Positions 1-8,773 of a DNA stretch of 48,407 nt are shown in pieces (within the stretch, counting starts at the first letter, position 1; each line of letters begins with the position of its first letter). Below the pieces are notes generated by a model, which did no database searches, was not told the origin of the DNA, and worked only from the letters and a program-made list of their open reading frames with translations. Origin of the DNA: an uncultured Alcaligenaceae bacterium (GTDB taxonomy: Bacteria; Pseudomonadota; Gammaproteobacteria; Burkholderiales; JACQAP01); contig CAYNFN010000413.1 of the NCBI GenBank assembly GCA_964396485.1, forward strand, positions 1 to 48,407. The letters are read 5' to 3'. Both the position numbers and the translations under genes were made by a program.

Positions 1-275
1 CGCCAACCACAACGCGGCGTTCGCTCGCTGCCGCACACCGTACTTCTGCATCTGCAATCCTGACGTGCGCCTACCGGCGGACCCGTTTCCCGCATTGATC
101 CAGGCGCTCGCCGATCCGCGAGTGGCGGTCGCCGGCCCGCTTCAGGTGGATTGGGTGCGCAGGGATGCTCATGCTTTCCCGAGCCGATGCTTTCCGCGCG
201 GTAGGCGGGTTCGACGAGGCGTACTTCATGTGGCGCCGTGTTCTTCCGCGACGCGATAGTGGGAGCGCCGGTTGA
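1..275 (+). pseudogene. Window-truncated, decayed paralogue of the GT2 glycosyltransferase encoded at 1257-1994
   Basis: From nt 2 the frame reads ANHNAAFARCRTPYFCICNPDVRLPADPFPALIQALADPRVAVAGPL. This is colinear with residues ~74-120 of the 1257-1994 product (ANHNAAFKRCRTPWFCICNPDIRLPADPFPPLLEALADPRVAVAGPL). About 41 codons present in the intact copy are then missing. After VDWV one extra nucleotide (~160-164) moves the homologous reading (GMLMLSRADAFRAVGGFDEAYF vs GMFMLFRSDAYRAVDGFDEAYF) into another frame. The entry frame stops at 257-259 and the shifted frame at 273-275. Confidence 0.55.
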
Positions 276-374
276 GGAAAGGCCGCTGTACTGCGGACCA
301 GCTCAGCGCCGACAGGATCGCGATGAGCGTTAGCGAGGCACAGAAGGCGAGCGGTTCAAGGACTGGCGCGGGTG

Positions 375-1124
375 CTACGGCCTCGCCACCACCACGCCCG
401 CTCCTGCGCCGAGGAAAGCCTGCTCGAAACGCCGGTCGATGTCGGCAGAGGCGAATCCCGCCTCACGTAGCCGATCGATGATGTCCCGGCCGTAGTCACG
501 ATAGACCAGTACCGATGCTCGCCCGCGTATGCGATCGTCGTGATAGGTCGCGGGCATCAGATGGCGGACCATCCCGCCTTCTAGCGCCGCGCGCTCAACG
601 GTGCGCTCGACATCCGCAAGCGGCACAGTAAAGATGAACGCGCCCCCCGGCCGCAGCACCCGCCGAATTTCGGCAAATCCGCGGCGGTCATTCGGCACAT
701 GTTCGAAGACTTCCGTGGAAGTGACCAGGTCGAACGAGGTGTCCGCATACGTGAGGCTCTGGATGTCCTCGCACTGAACACCGCCGCGGCGGCTCCCGGG
801 GCTCACGTCGTCGAAGTACTCCGAGCAGGTCAGGTCGGGGACCTCGCGCCTGAGGAATTCGAACAACGGCCCTCGCGACGATAGCTCGTAGACGCGGTCG
901 CTCCGGAATCCGGGTCGTACTGATTTCAGCACCGACGTCATAGACAGGGTGATCGCGCTGGCGCCGCAGCGCAGGCAGCGCACCCCGATCGCGTCTTTCG
1001 AGAGTCTCAGCAGTACGCTCGTTCCGCAGAGCGCGCAGGGAAACGGTCGCAGCCCGAGTTCCCGCACCCTCAGAATCGACAGCGCGTATCGGATACGGTG
1101 TACGAAGTCCGCTGTGCGACGCAT
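375..1124 (-). CDS. Class I SAM-dependent methyltransferase with N-terminal Cys4 zinc-ribbon
   Basis: 249-aa ORF. Two CxxC pairs lie near the N-terminus (CALCG ... CLRCG). Methyltransf_11-like core FDLVTSTEVFEHVPNDRRGFAEIRRVLRPGGAFIFTVP. Motif I is degenerate (VYELSSRG). Confidence 0.8.
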   Translation of the reverse strand: MRRTADFVHRIRYALSILRVRELGLRPFPCALCGTSVLLRLSKDAIGVRCLRCGASAITLSMTSVLKSVRPGFRSDRVYELSSRGPLFEFLRREVPDLTCSEYFDDVSPGSRRGGVQCEDIQSLTYADTSFDLVTSTEVFEHVPNDRRGFAEIRRVLRPGGAFIFTVPLADVERTVERAALEGGMVRHLMPATYHDDRIRGRASVLVYRDYGRDIIDRLREAGFASADIDRRFEQAFLGAGAGVVVARP

Positions 1125-1256
1125 AGCCTCTACGCTAGCAATTCTCAGGGTCGACGCAAATAGGCTTCGGCGATACGCGTTGGCATCTCGTCACCTTCGG
1201 CATCGCGGCCACCGCGCCCGCAACCGGCTACGGCTACAATCTGGCCCCGCACTCCC

Positions 1257-1994
1257 ATGACCACCTCGCCGCCCGAGAGAAACATCACGCTCTCGATCGT
1301 CAGCCACCGGCAGAACGTGCTTGTCAACAAGCTCCTCGAGGACGTCAATCGCGTCTGCGCCGACCGGGTCGCGCTCGTGCTGACGCAGAACGTGCCCGAT
1401 CCCCTGCCACTTGCTACGGCAGATGTGCCTTGCCCGGTGGAGGTCGTCGCGAACGAAAGCGTCAAGGGCTTCGGCGCGAACCACAATGCAGCGTTCAAGC
1501 GCTGCCGCACGCCTTGGTTCTGCATCTGCAACCCCGACATCCGCCTGCCCGCAGATCCCTTTCCTCCGCTTCTCGAGGCGCTCGCCGATCCCCGCGTTGC
1601 CGTCGCCGGCCCGCTCGTGCGCGGCCCCGAGGGGCGGGTCGAGGACAGCGTACGGCGCTTTCCGACCTTGGGATCGCTCGCGAAGAAGCTTTTCCTGGAC
1701 CGCCGCGAGCCCGATTACCCGGCCGACCGAGGTCCGCTTGAGGTCGACTGGGTAGCGGGCATGTTCATGCTTTTCCGCAGCGACGCCTACCGCGCGGTGG
1801 ACGGATTCGACGAGGCGTATTTCCTTTACTATGAGGATGTCGATATCTGCCGGCGAGTCCACCGTGCGGGGCGGCGCGTGACCTACGATCCACGAGCAGA
1901 AGTCATCCATCAAGCACGCCGCGCGAGCCGGCGTGATCTCCGACTCACGAGAATTCATCTGAGCAGCATGCTCAGATTCCTGCTGTCTTCCTAG
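1257..1994 (+). CDS. GT2-family glycosyltransferase (rhamnosyltransferase-like)
   Basis: 245-aa ORF with ATG start. N-terminal ITLSIVSH strand, FGANHNAAF, and the GT-A family-2 acidic motif YYEDVDICRRV. First gene of the + block. Confidence 0.85.
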   Translation: MTTSPPERNITLSIVSHRQNVLVNKLLEDVNRVCADRVALVLTQNVPDPLPLATADVPCPVEVVANESVKGFGANHNAAFKRCRTPWFCICNPDIRLPADPFPPLLEALADPRVAVAGPLVRGPEGRVEDSVRRFPTLGSLAKKLFLDRREPDYPADRGPLEVDWVAGMFMLFRSDAYRAVDGFDEAYFLYYEDVDICRRVHRAGRRVTYDPRAEVIHQARRASRRDLRLTRIHLSSMLRFLLSS

Positions 1995-1998
1995 ACGC

Positions 1999-3291
1999 GT
2001 GGCTGCGAACCAGAGCTTTCATCTCGTAACCGCCGTATGGGGCTCCGAGTACACCGACACATACCTTAACATCTCCCTTCCGAGCCTGCTCGCGCCCGGC
2101 AATATCCCGAGCCTGCCGGCGGCTCATTGCACCTACAAGATCTTTTCGCCCGAAGCGGACGCCGAGCGCATTCGTCAGTCGGAGGCATTCAAGGCGCTGG
2201 CCGCCTTGGTCACGGTTGAGTTTCGCCCGCTCAACCGCATTCAAGAAAACCCTTACATCACTTCCTCGAATTGCTACCGCACAGCCACGATCGAAGCGGG
2301 CCAGTCGCGCGCAACCATTCTCTACCTCATCCCCGACATGATCCTAGCGGATGGCAGCCTGCGCGCCGTCAAGCGGTTTCTCGATGAGGGCAAGCGCGCC
2401 GTCATGGTTGCTGGCATGAGGGCCGTGAAAGAAACCTTGGTCCCCGAGGCGCTGGCGCGCTTCCGGACCGGGCACGCGGTGTCGGCGCCGCCCAGGCAGC
2501 TAGTGGAGCTCGCCATGCGCCACCTGCACCCCATCATGCAGCACCACTTCTACGAAAACGAAGGCAGCCGCGGTTTCAACCCGTCCTTCTTCTGCTGGGA
2601 AGTGCCTGGAGAAGGGTATGTCGTGCATTGCGCCCACCTGCACCCGGTTGCAGTGGATTTGCGCGGTCAGCGCGCCACCTTGCACGGCACCATCGACGAC
2701 GATCTCCTGTTCGACCTCGGCCTTAGCGCCGACGAGCTCGCATATGCCGACGACTCGGACGACGTGCTCTGGTTCGAGATTAGCGCAGGCGACCGGAGGA
2801 TTCCCCCGCCCATCGGAAAGCGCCTATGGGAAATCCTGCGCTGGCTGAACGGCGCGACTTATCCCCACCAGCGAGCATACCTCTCCCATGCGCTACAGAT
2901 TCATTGCCGTGGCACCGACAGTGCCGCATGGCGCGCGACGGAAGCGCGCGCCGCCAAGACCATCGCGACCATGCTGGCGGCTTACGAACTGGAGAAAGAG
3001 CGCATTCGCGAGAGTCCCGCGGACTATGCAGCACCGCCAGCAGTACGCATTGGCGACGAGGAGCTTGCCGGCGACCCTGCTGCGGCCATACGCAAGATCA
3101 TGGACGTCGCCGGCGCCGCGGTTGTCGTGGACGCCGTTGCCGAGGCGCTGGAGGTGCGCGCGCGCTCATATCTCGCCCGGGGAACCAGCCGCAGGATCGA
3201 CCGCTCGTTTATCAAGCTCGGTATTGCAATGACGATTGTCGGCGCCGGTAAGGCGTTCCGCGCTTTGCTGAAACGCCTGAAGCGCGGTTGA
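1999..3291 (+). CDS. Uncharacterised putative GT-A-like transferase, paralogue A of a 4-member family
   Basis: 430-aa ORF with a GTG start 4 nt after the preceding stop. Shares HLVTAVWGSEYTDTYLNISLPSLLAPGNIPSL and a DxD-like PDMILADGS motif with the ORFs at 4585(+), 8748(-) and 14704(-). Basic amphipathic C-terminus (KAFRALLKRLKRG). I cannot name a family. Confidence 0.75.
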   Translation: MAANQSFHLVTAVWGSEYTDTYLNISLPSLLAPGNIPSLPAAHCTYKIFSPEADAERIRQSEAFKALAALVTVEFRPLNRIQENPYITSSNCYRTATIEAGQSRATILYLIPDMILADGSLRAVKRFLDEGKRAVMVAGMRAVKETLVPEALARFRTGHAVSAPPRQLVELAMRHLHPIMQHHFYENEGSRGFNPSFFCWEVPGEGYVVHCAHLHPVAVDLRGQRATLHGTIDDDLLFDLGLSADELAYADDSDDVLWFEISAGDRRIPPPIGKRLWEILRWLNGATYPHQRAYLSHALQIHCRGTDSAAWRATEARAAKTIATMLAAYELEKERIRESPADYAAPPAVRIGDEELAGDPAAAIRKIMDVAGAAVVVDAVAEALEVRARSYLARGTSRRIDRSFIKLGIAMTIVGAGKAFRALLKRLKRG

Positions 3292-3316
3292 GCCGGCGCA
3301 GCGCTAGCACACCCGG

Positions 3317-4588
3317 ATGATTCCGGCACAATTCGGTATTCGTTTTCGCGCCAGGATTCATCGTGCGCTGACGGAGGGCCTGCTCGCGACTCTTACGGCG
3401 CTTTCCCGGCCGGTTGTCAAGTCCGTTCTGTGGCTCGCCCTTCTGCCGTTGACCGCTGTGCTGCACGTCGCCGGCTACCGACGCCTCCCTGTCCTAACGG
3501 AACGAATTGGCCATCTCGCCGCAGAGGTGGATTCGTTCCTCAAGGAGCGCGCCCTCGGAGCGTTGCCTCGCCGAAAGTACTTCATCACCGCCCCGGCGCG
3601 CCGAGTCGCCAATGCGTGGCTGTTGCGCTACTGGGCACGCGAAGTCCCTGTCGTATCCCACCCGGTTCCCTGCTTCCTGCTGGACAGCATGTCGCGCTGG
3701 GAGCTGATGCGCAGCAGCGTGCGCGAGTACGTCCTGCGTCTTAACCAGACCGCCGCCGCATACCGGATCGCATCGATGTGGGGAGAGCGCCCGTCCTTGC
3801 TCACACTGACAGACGAGGACAAGGAGTGGGGGGGCGAGGTGTTGCGCGAGCTCGGCGTTCCGCGTGACGGCTGGTTTGTCGCCGTGCACGTGCGCGAGGG
3901 TGGATACTCCACGGCCGATGAAGAAGTCCACCGCCATCGCAACGCTTCCATCGAGGCTGCCCTGCCCGCCATGCGCTGCATCGTCCAGCGAGGCGGCTAC
4001 TGCATCCGTATGGGCGACCCTGGCATGGCGCCGCTTTCAAAGGAGCAGGGCATCGTTGACTACGCGCGCCACGCCGCCAAGTCGGCACGAATGGATATTT
4101 ATCTTTGCGCCAGGACGAGATTTTTCCTGGGCAACTCCTCGGGCCTGGCCTTCGTCAGCGCCGCGTTCGGCGTGCCATCGGCGCTCGCCAACATGACGCC
4201 GTTCTCCACCTTCGGCCTCCTGCCGCGCGACCTGAGTATCCCGAAGCTTCTCTGGAGCGAACGCGAAGCCAGATTCCTGCGTTTCGACGAGGCGCTCGCC
4301 TCCCCCGCGAACAATTACCGCTATGCCGCCTTCTACGAGGCAGCAGGCTTGCGGCCCGTGGAGAACTCGGCTGAAGATATCGCCGCACTTGTCGAGGAGA
4401 TGATGGACGTCATGGAAGGCCGGACGGCCTACAGCCCGCTGGACCGCGCCAGGCAGGACGCATGCCGCGCGCTGCTTCGGCCCGGCCACTATTCGTACGG
4501 GACCTGCGCCCATATCGCCGCCTCCTTCCTCCGCGCGCATAGTGACTTGTTGCCCGGGGAGCCGTCCGCGCTCCGAGCGTCCGCATGA
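3317..4588 (+). CDS. Putative glycosyltransferase (TIGR04372-like by recollection; function uncertain)
   Basis: 423-aa ORF with codon usage like its neighbours. Hydrophobic N-terminus (LLATLTALSRPVVKSVLWLALLPLTAVL), then RIGHLAAEVDSFL. The C-terminal FFLGNSSGLAFVSAAFGVPSALANMTPF resembles GT-B-type donor-binding regions. Its stop overlaps the next start (ATGA at 4585-4588). Confidence 0.55.
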   Translation: MIPAQFGIRFRARIHRALTEGLLATLTALSRPVVKSVLWLALLPLTAVLHVAGYRRLPVLTERIGHLAAEVDSFLKERALGALPRRKYFITAPARRVANAWLLRYWAREVPVVSHPVPCFLLDSMSRWELMRSSVREYVLRLNQTAAAYRIASMWGERPSLLTLTDEDKEWGGEVLRELGVPRDGWFVAVHVREGGYSTADEEVHRHRNASIEAALPAMRCIVQRGGYCIRMGDPGMAPLSKEQGIVDYARHAAKSARMDIYLCARTRFFLGNSSGLAFVSAAFGVPSALANMTPFSTFGLLPRDLSIPKLLWSEREARFLRFDEALASPANNYRYAAFYEAAGLRPVENSAEDIAALVEEMMDVMEGRTAYSPLDRARQDACRALLRPGHYSYGTCAHIAASFLRAHSDLLPGEPSALRASA

Positions 4589-6417
4589 AGCCGCGCGTCA
4601 AGGTCCTTGTGGCGGTATGGGGCGGCTCCTACATAGACGCATTCACACGTCTCGCGCTGCCCTCGCTCCTCGCCCCCGGCAACCTCCCCGCACTGGCTGA
4701 AGCGTGCGAGCTGGACGTCTGCATCCTGACGAGCGAGCAGGACGTACACCTTTTCGAAACCAAGCCCGCCTTCCAGGGGCTGCGCGCTCTCTGCGAGGTC
4801 GAGTTCGTCAGCATCGATGACCTTCTCGGATCGTCGGTCTACGGCATCACGCTGACGCTCGCGTACATGCGCGGCATCGGCACCGCAGGCGAGAACATGG
4901 TCAACGTGCACTACATGTTCTTCAACTCGGACTTCATCCTTGCCGAAGGCTCGCTCAGGTCGCTCCTCCGCCGGATCCTCGACGGCCGAAGGGTCGTGAT
5001 GGCGCCCAGCTTCCGCGCTGTTGCGGAGGACATCGAGCCGCTCCTCGAAGCGAGAGTGGATCCCTTCCGACATACCTTGGCCATTCCGCCGCGCGAGCTC
5101 GTTGGACTGGCGCTTCGGCACGTGCATCCGACGATCGTGGCGAAAACGGTCAATCAAAACGTGTTTCGGTCTTTGTACCAGAACCAGCTCTATTGGCGCG
5201 TGGACAAGGACACGGTTCTGGGCCGCTTCTATCTCATGTTCATGCTGTGCATCCGTCCTGAGCGCATCGTGCGGAGGGCGAACACTTATTGCGATTACGG
5301 GTTCGCACCGGAATTGTGTCCCTCTCTCGAGCCGGTTTTCCTCACCGACTCGGACGAATTCTTCATGCTCGAAACGCAAGCGCGCCGGCACGAATCCGTG
5401 CACATCCGCCTAGGCAGCCATCGGATATCAGATGTAGCGGGGTACGTATCCGAATGGACCACGAGAGAGCATCGGCTCTACGCCAAAGAAAATCTGATCT
5501 TTCATGCTGCAGACGTACCGCCGGATATTGAAGCGTTTGTCACCGAAGCCGGGAAAACCGTGCAGGGAATCGAACAGCAGTTGCCACTTGCCAGACCGCA
5601 CGCATTTCATCCGTACTGGGTCGGTTCGCTTCCTTTGTGGAGGAAGGAGATCGGGCAGCGTGGCGGAGGTGCTAACCCGCCGGAACTGGATCCGGTTGCC
5701 GATATACCCGTCAATCGAAACTTGGTGGGCAGGATATTCGGCCTAGCGCGGAACGTCGCTCGTGGAACGCAGGATGAATTAAAGATATGGCATGCCGGCT
5801 GGCTGGACCAGCGGATGATTGATCAGGTGCTGCATGATGTAAGACCGGACGGTCGTGTCCTGATAGTCGCAGACGAACTGCCCGCCGCGGCGAGGCGGTT
5901 TTCGCAACGAGGAGAGATCGACCGATTGACGCTCCGGCAGACCATTGAAATGGCGAATGGATCCGGAAACCGGGGACACTACGACGATGTGCTCGTGCTC
6001 GTGAGGTCCCAGCAGGTCGGAAGCGATTCCGACAAACTTCCATCTGCGCTTCTATCACTGGTACGGCCCGAGGGATGGCTCCGCTTGGTCGTGCACGACC
6101 CCGGAAGCGAATTCATGCCTATGTCTCTCGCGGAGCCACTCTTGAGCTTGCTGGCCCGAACGTTCGACACTTGCCGAGTCCAGGCGAGCGTCGAGTTCGT
6201 TGACGCTGGATTGCAGCGGCGAATCCGGCTTGGCGTGCGAAGGCTGGGCCAGCTTTACCTGCGCCTGGGATGGGCTTGGGCGCCCGTCCTCGCCCTCGCC
6301 GGATTCGCCCTTCTCATCGGCAACGTGCTGAACCATATCCGCTGGATCATCCGAGGAGACAGGGGCGATCAGCCCGACTACTGCGGCACGATGCTGGTGA
6401 GGGTGCGGAAGCTCTGA
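4585..6417 (+). CDS. Uncharacterised putative GT-A-like transferase, paralogue B, with long C-terminal extension and tail-anchor helix
   Basis: 610-aa ORF. N-terminal VLVAVWGGSYIDAFTRLALPSLLAPGNLPAL and SDFILAEGS motifs match the paralogue family. A ~320-aa extension ends in the hydrophobic helix WAWAPVLALAGFALLIGNVL. Confidence 0.75.
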   Translation: MKPRVKVLVAVWGGSYIDAFTRLALPSLLAPGNLPALAEACELDVCILTSEQDVHLFETKPAFQGLRALCEVEFVSIDDLLGSSVYGITLTLAYMRGIGTAGENMVNVHYMFFNSDFILAEGSLRSLLRRILDGRRVVMAPSFRAVAEDIEPLLEARVDPFRHTLAIPPRELVGLALRHVHPTIVAKTVNQNVFRSLYQNQLYWRVDKDTVLGRFYLMFMLCIRPERIVRRANTYCDYGFAPELCPSLEPVFLTDSDEFFMLETQARRHESVHIRLGSHRISDVAGYVSEWTTREHRLYAKENLIFHAADVPPDIEAFVTEAGKTVQGIEQQLPLARPHAFHPYWVGSLPLWRKEIGQRGGGANPPELDPVADIPVNRNLVGRIFGLARNVARGTQDELKIWHAGWLDQRMIDQVLHDVRPDGRVLIVADELPAAARRFSQRGEIDRLTLRQTIEMANGSGNRGHYDDVLVLVRSQQVGSDSDKLPSALLSLVRPEGWLRLVVHDPGSEFMPMSLAEPLLSLLARTFDTCRVQASVEFVDAGLQRRIRLGVRRLGQLYLRLGWAWAPVLALAGFALLIGNVLNHIRWIIRGDRGDQPDYCGTMLVRVRKL

Positions 6418-6459
6418 CTCGGAAGGGTGAAGGGAAGATTTCTAATAGTCCCCTGCTTA

Positions 6460-6489
6460 CTCGCGAGGCCGTCAACGCTCGCGAGGCCG
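6460..6489. repeat. 12-bp direct repeat CTCGCGAGGCCG x2 (18-bp period) in the 6418-6532 spacer
   Basis: Copies at 6460-6471 and 6478-6489 read directly from the sequence. Each contains the palindrome TCGCGA. Confidence 0.9.
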
Positions 6490-6520
6490 CCGCGCTTGTA
6501 CAATTCCGCGTGAGACTCAA

Positions 6521-6526
6521 AGGAGG
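6521..6526 (+). promoter_or_regulatory. Shine-Dalgarno AGGAGG for the TTG-initiated methyltransferase gene at 6533
   Basis: AGGAGG sits 6 nt upstream of the TTG at 6533. This supports the non-ATG start. Confidence 0.6.
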
Positions 6527-6532
6527 CCGATT

Positions 6533-7330
6533 TTGCAAGTCACTTTTTTTCAACGAGCCAAGAACTCTCTAAAGCGCCGCCTGGGCCTTCCGCGCAAGTA
6601 CGCGCCTCGCGACCCCTTTCTGGTCGATGATTGCCTCGTGCAGAGCATTCCACACCTGTTCGAAGCGCTGCCGGACCAGAGGGAATTGTTCGCCCGCATC
6701 TGGGACGAATATCGAGAGAACCACGGTCGTCCGTGGGATCCCATCCGCATCCTCCAATTCATGTATCTGATGGATATCGCCAACCGGACCGGGCCCGGGG
6801 ACTACATCGAGCTCGGTACGCACCAAGGGTTGATGGCGAAGGTGATCTGGAAGCTGATGGATCCCAAGCGCACCCTCTATTGCCTCGACACCTTCGAGGG
6901 ATTCGTCGAATCGGACCTCAAGGTCGAAGCGACGATCTACCATAGCCGGTGGCAGGTGGGGAACTTCGCGCCGACATCGCCGGAGATGGTCGGCAACTAC
7001 ATCGGCAGCGGCAAGACCCCGCAGAACCTGAAGCTCGTCAAAGGATGGTTCCCGCAAACCTTTGCGGGCCTCGAAGACAAGAAATGGCGCTTCGTTCACA
7101 TCGACTTCGATCTCTACCAGCCGATAAAGAGCGCGATGGAGCTCTGCTGGCCGAATCTGCTCCCTGGAGGAGTCATGGTTATCCATGACTACGGCTGTTT
7201 CGGTTTCCCCGGCGCAAAGAAGGCAGTCGATGAATTCTTTGAGACGGTGGGGTTGACGCCCATTCACATAGGGGACCGGTGGGGAAGCGTGGCGGTGGTC
7301 AAGCCACGAACCCCGTACAAGGCTAGCTAG
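6533..7330 (+). CDS. TylF/MycF/NovP-type (macrocin-O-methyltransferase-like) sugar O-methyltransferase
   Basis: 265-aa ORF. GDYIELGTHQG (SAM motif I), CLDTFEGF, HIDFDLYQP and VIHDYG match the metal-dependent TylF-family pattern. Confidence 0.85.
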   Translation: MQVTFFQRAKNSLKRRLGLPRKYAPRDPFLVDDCLVQSIPHLFEALPDQRELFARIWDEYRENHGRPWDPIRILQFMYLMDIANRTGPGDYIELGTHQGLMAKVIWKLMDPKRTLYCLDTFEGFVESDLKVEATIYHSRWQVGNFAPTSPEMVGNYIGSGKTPQNLKLVKGWFPQTFAGLEDKKWRFVHIDFDLYQPIKSAMELCWPNLLPGGVMVIHDYGCFGFPGAKKAVDEFFETVGLTPIHIGDRWGSVAVVKPRTPYKAS

Positions 7331-8748
7331 TCGTCAGCGGGGACCTGCCCCTTGATCACCCCGGCCAGGTACCGCATGCTGCGCTTGATTCGCTTCCTCG
7401 CGGTCGCGTCCCCGCTGAGCGCCTGCTTCGCGATCCCGAGCACCCGCTCGCGGTTATTCCAGTAGTAGCCGCACAACTGCGGTACCAGAGAGAGCGCGCG
7501 GATCAGCCGTGCTGCCCTTAACCTCCTTGTCGGCAGCGCGCGTCGCGCACTAACCGTGCGCTCATTGCCCGGTGCCTGCCCTCTCGCCGCGGCGCCGATC
7601 ATGCTGCCGACATATTTCTGCAGGATGCGCGCGGCCTTGCTCTCGACGGCGCGCCAGCGCGGCTCATCGATCTCGCCGCCATGCCAGTAGACAGGCCTTG
7701 CGAAAAGGCTTCGCTTCAGGGGATCGAAACTCGGATCGCACAGCGCTTCGTAGAAGCGCAGGCCCTTGAGCCACTCGCCGACGAAGCGCCGCTGGAATTG
7801 CGGATTGGGCGCGAGGGAATAGGCGCGCTCGGCAAGCGGAGCCCAGCTCACGAGCATGACCTCGTCGGAATCCTGAACCACGTACACCTTGCCGCCGAGG
7901 CCGAAATTCCGATGGAGGTAGTCGCCGTCGATCGTCCAATGGTCCATCACCGAGCTGTCGTGCTGCGCGACCGCCTCGTAGTCCACGATCAGGGGAAACC
8001 ATGAAAGGGAATGCATGACGACGCCGTCTTCGCCGGGCACGCGCCACCAGCAGGCGGAGGGAAAGGCCGAAAAATAAGGGGCGTCCCACTCGTAGCTGAG
8101 CGTCTCGCTGTGAAAGCTCCGGATTCCCGCCCAGGCGAGCTGCCTCCCGGTCACGACGAGCGCCCGCCCCTCGTCGCCGAGGCGGGAATCGATCGAGGCG
8201 ACGCCGAGCTGCGCCAGGTGCTCGAAGAGCGGCTCCTCCCCAAATCGAAGGGCGGGCGTGAGCACCAGGTGAACGCCTTCCAGCGCGTGCTTTTGAGCGA
8301 GCGCGATGCTCCCGTCGGAGACGATGAGATCAGGCGTCAGCACGACAGCGTAGGCGCGCTGCTCGAATGCCATCTGCGTCGCAAGCTTGTGGCCGATCCC
8401 CATATGAAGGTGGATGGGCACCCCCTCTGGGGGCAGCGGGATGCGAATAAAAATCGGCTCGACATACTTCTTCAGGAGCGAGACGATTGGATGGGCCTCG
8501 ATTCGCTTCCAGTCCTCGTCCGTGGTCGCGATCAGGAACCGGTTGCCCCGGTTACGCAGGGCGGGGATGTTATTTGGCGAGAGCAGCGCGGGAATGCAGA
8601 ACTGGAGCAGAAAATTCGTGAAATGCTCGCCCCAGACCACAACCGCGAAGTAAATGGGCCGCAAGGCGGCGGCCTTCTCCAGGAAGGCCTCATCGGGCAC
8701 GGGCAGCGGTGGACGGCCCCGCGGGCCGGCCGGTGGCGTCTGTTCCAC
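7327..8748 (-). CDS. Uncharacterised putative GT-A-like transferase, paralogue C
   Basis: 473-aa ORF. IYFAVVVWGEHFTNFLLQFCIPALLSPNNIPAL and PDLIVSDGS motifs. Closest by eye to paralogue D (shared FLI[AS]TT.(E/D)DW, YVEP[IV]FI, GH[KR]LA). Amphipathic basic C-terminus. Confidence 0.75.
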   Translation of the reverse strand: MEQTPPAGPRGRPPLPVPDEAFLEKAAALRPIYFAVVVWGEHFTNFLLQFCIPALLSPNNIPALRNRGNRFLIATTDEDWKRIEAHPIVSLLKKYVEPIFIRIPLPPEGVPIHLHMGIGHKLATQMAFEQRAYAVVLTPDLIVSDGSIALAQKHALEGVHLVLTPALRFGEEPLFEHLAQLGVASIDSRLGDEGRALVVTGRQLAWAGIRSFHSETLSYEWDAPYFSAFPSACWWRVPGEDGVVMHSLSWFPLIVDYEAVAQHDSSVMDHWTIDGDYLHRNFGLGGKVYVVQDSDEVMLVSWAPLAERAYSLAPNPQFQRRFVGEWLKGLRFYEALCDPSFDPLKRSLFARPVYWHGGEIDEPRWRAVESKAARILQKYVGSMIGAAARGQAPGNERTVSARRALPTRRLRAARLIRALSLVPQLCGYYWNNRERVLGIAKQALSGDATARKRIKRSMRYLAGVIKGQVPADD

Positions 8749-8773
8749 GATTCTTCGACCGCGCCGCGGCGGC

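Noticed and set aside
272-481. ORF 272-481(+) 69 aa, between the GT2 remnant and the methyltransferase gene.
   Set aside because: It overlaps the 3' end of the minus-strand methyltransferase gene, has no motif, and is Arg/Ala/Pro-rich. It is likely spurious.
1235-1240. TACAAT (5/6 to the -10 consensus) 16 nt upstream of the GT2 ATG at 1257, as a promoter for the first + block.
   Set aside because: There is no acceptable -35 at 16-19 bp spacing and the leader would be very short. This is too weak to list as a feature.
1145-1958. ORFs 1191-1958(-) 255 aa and 1145-1540(-), antisense to the GT2 gene. Similar antisense ORFs occur at 4489-5403(-), 6569-7267(-), 8011-8784(+), 8654-9403(+), 14759-15421(+), 16333-17154(+), 21250-22029(-), 22367-23401(-), 25726-26553(-) and 38087-38986(+).
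   Set aside because: Each overlaps a motif-bearing gene on the other strand and lacks any family signature. I regard them as non-coding shadow frames.
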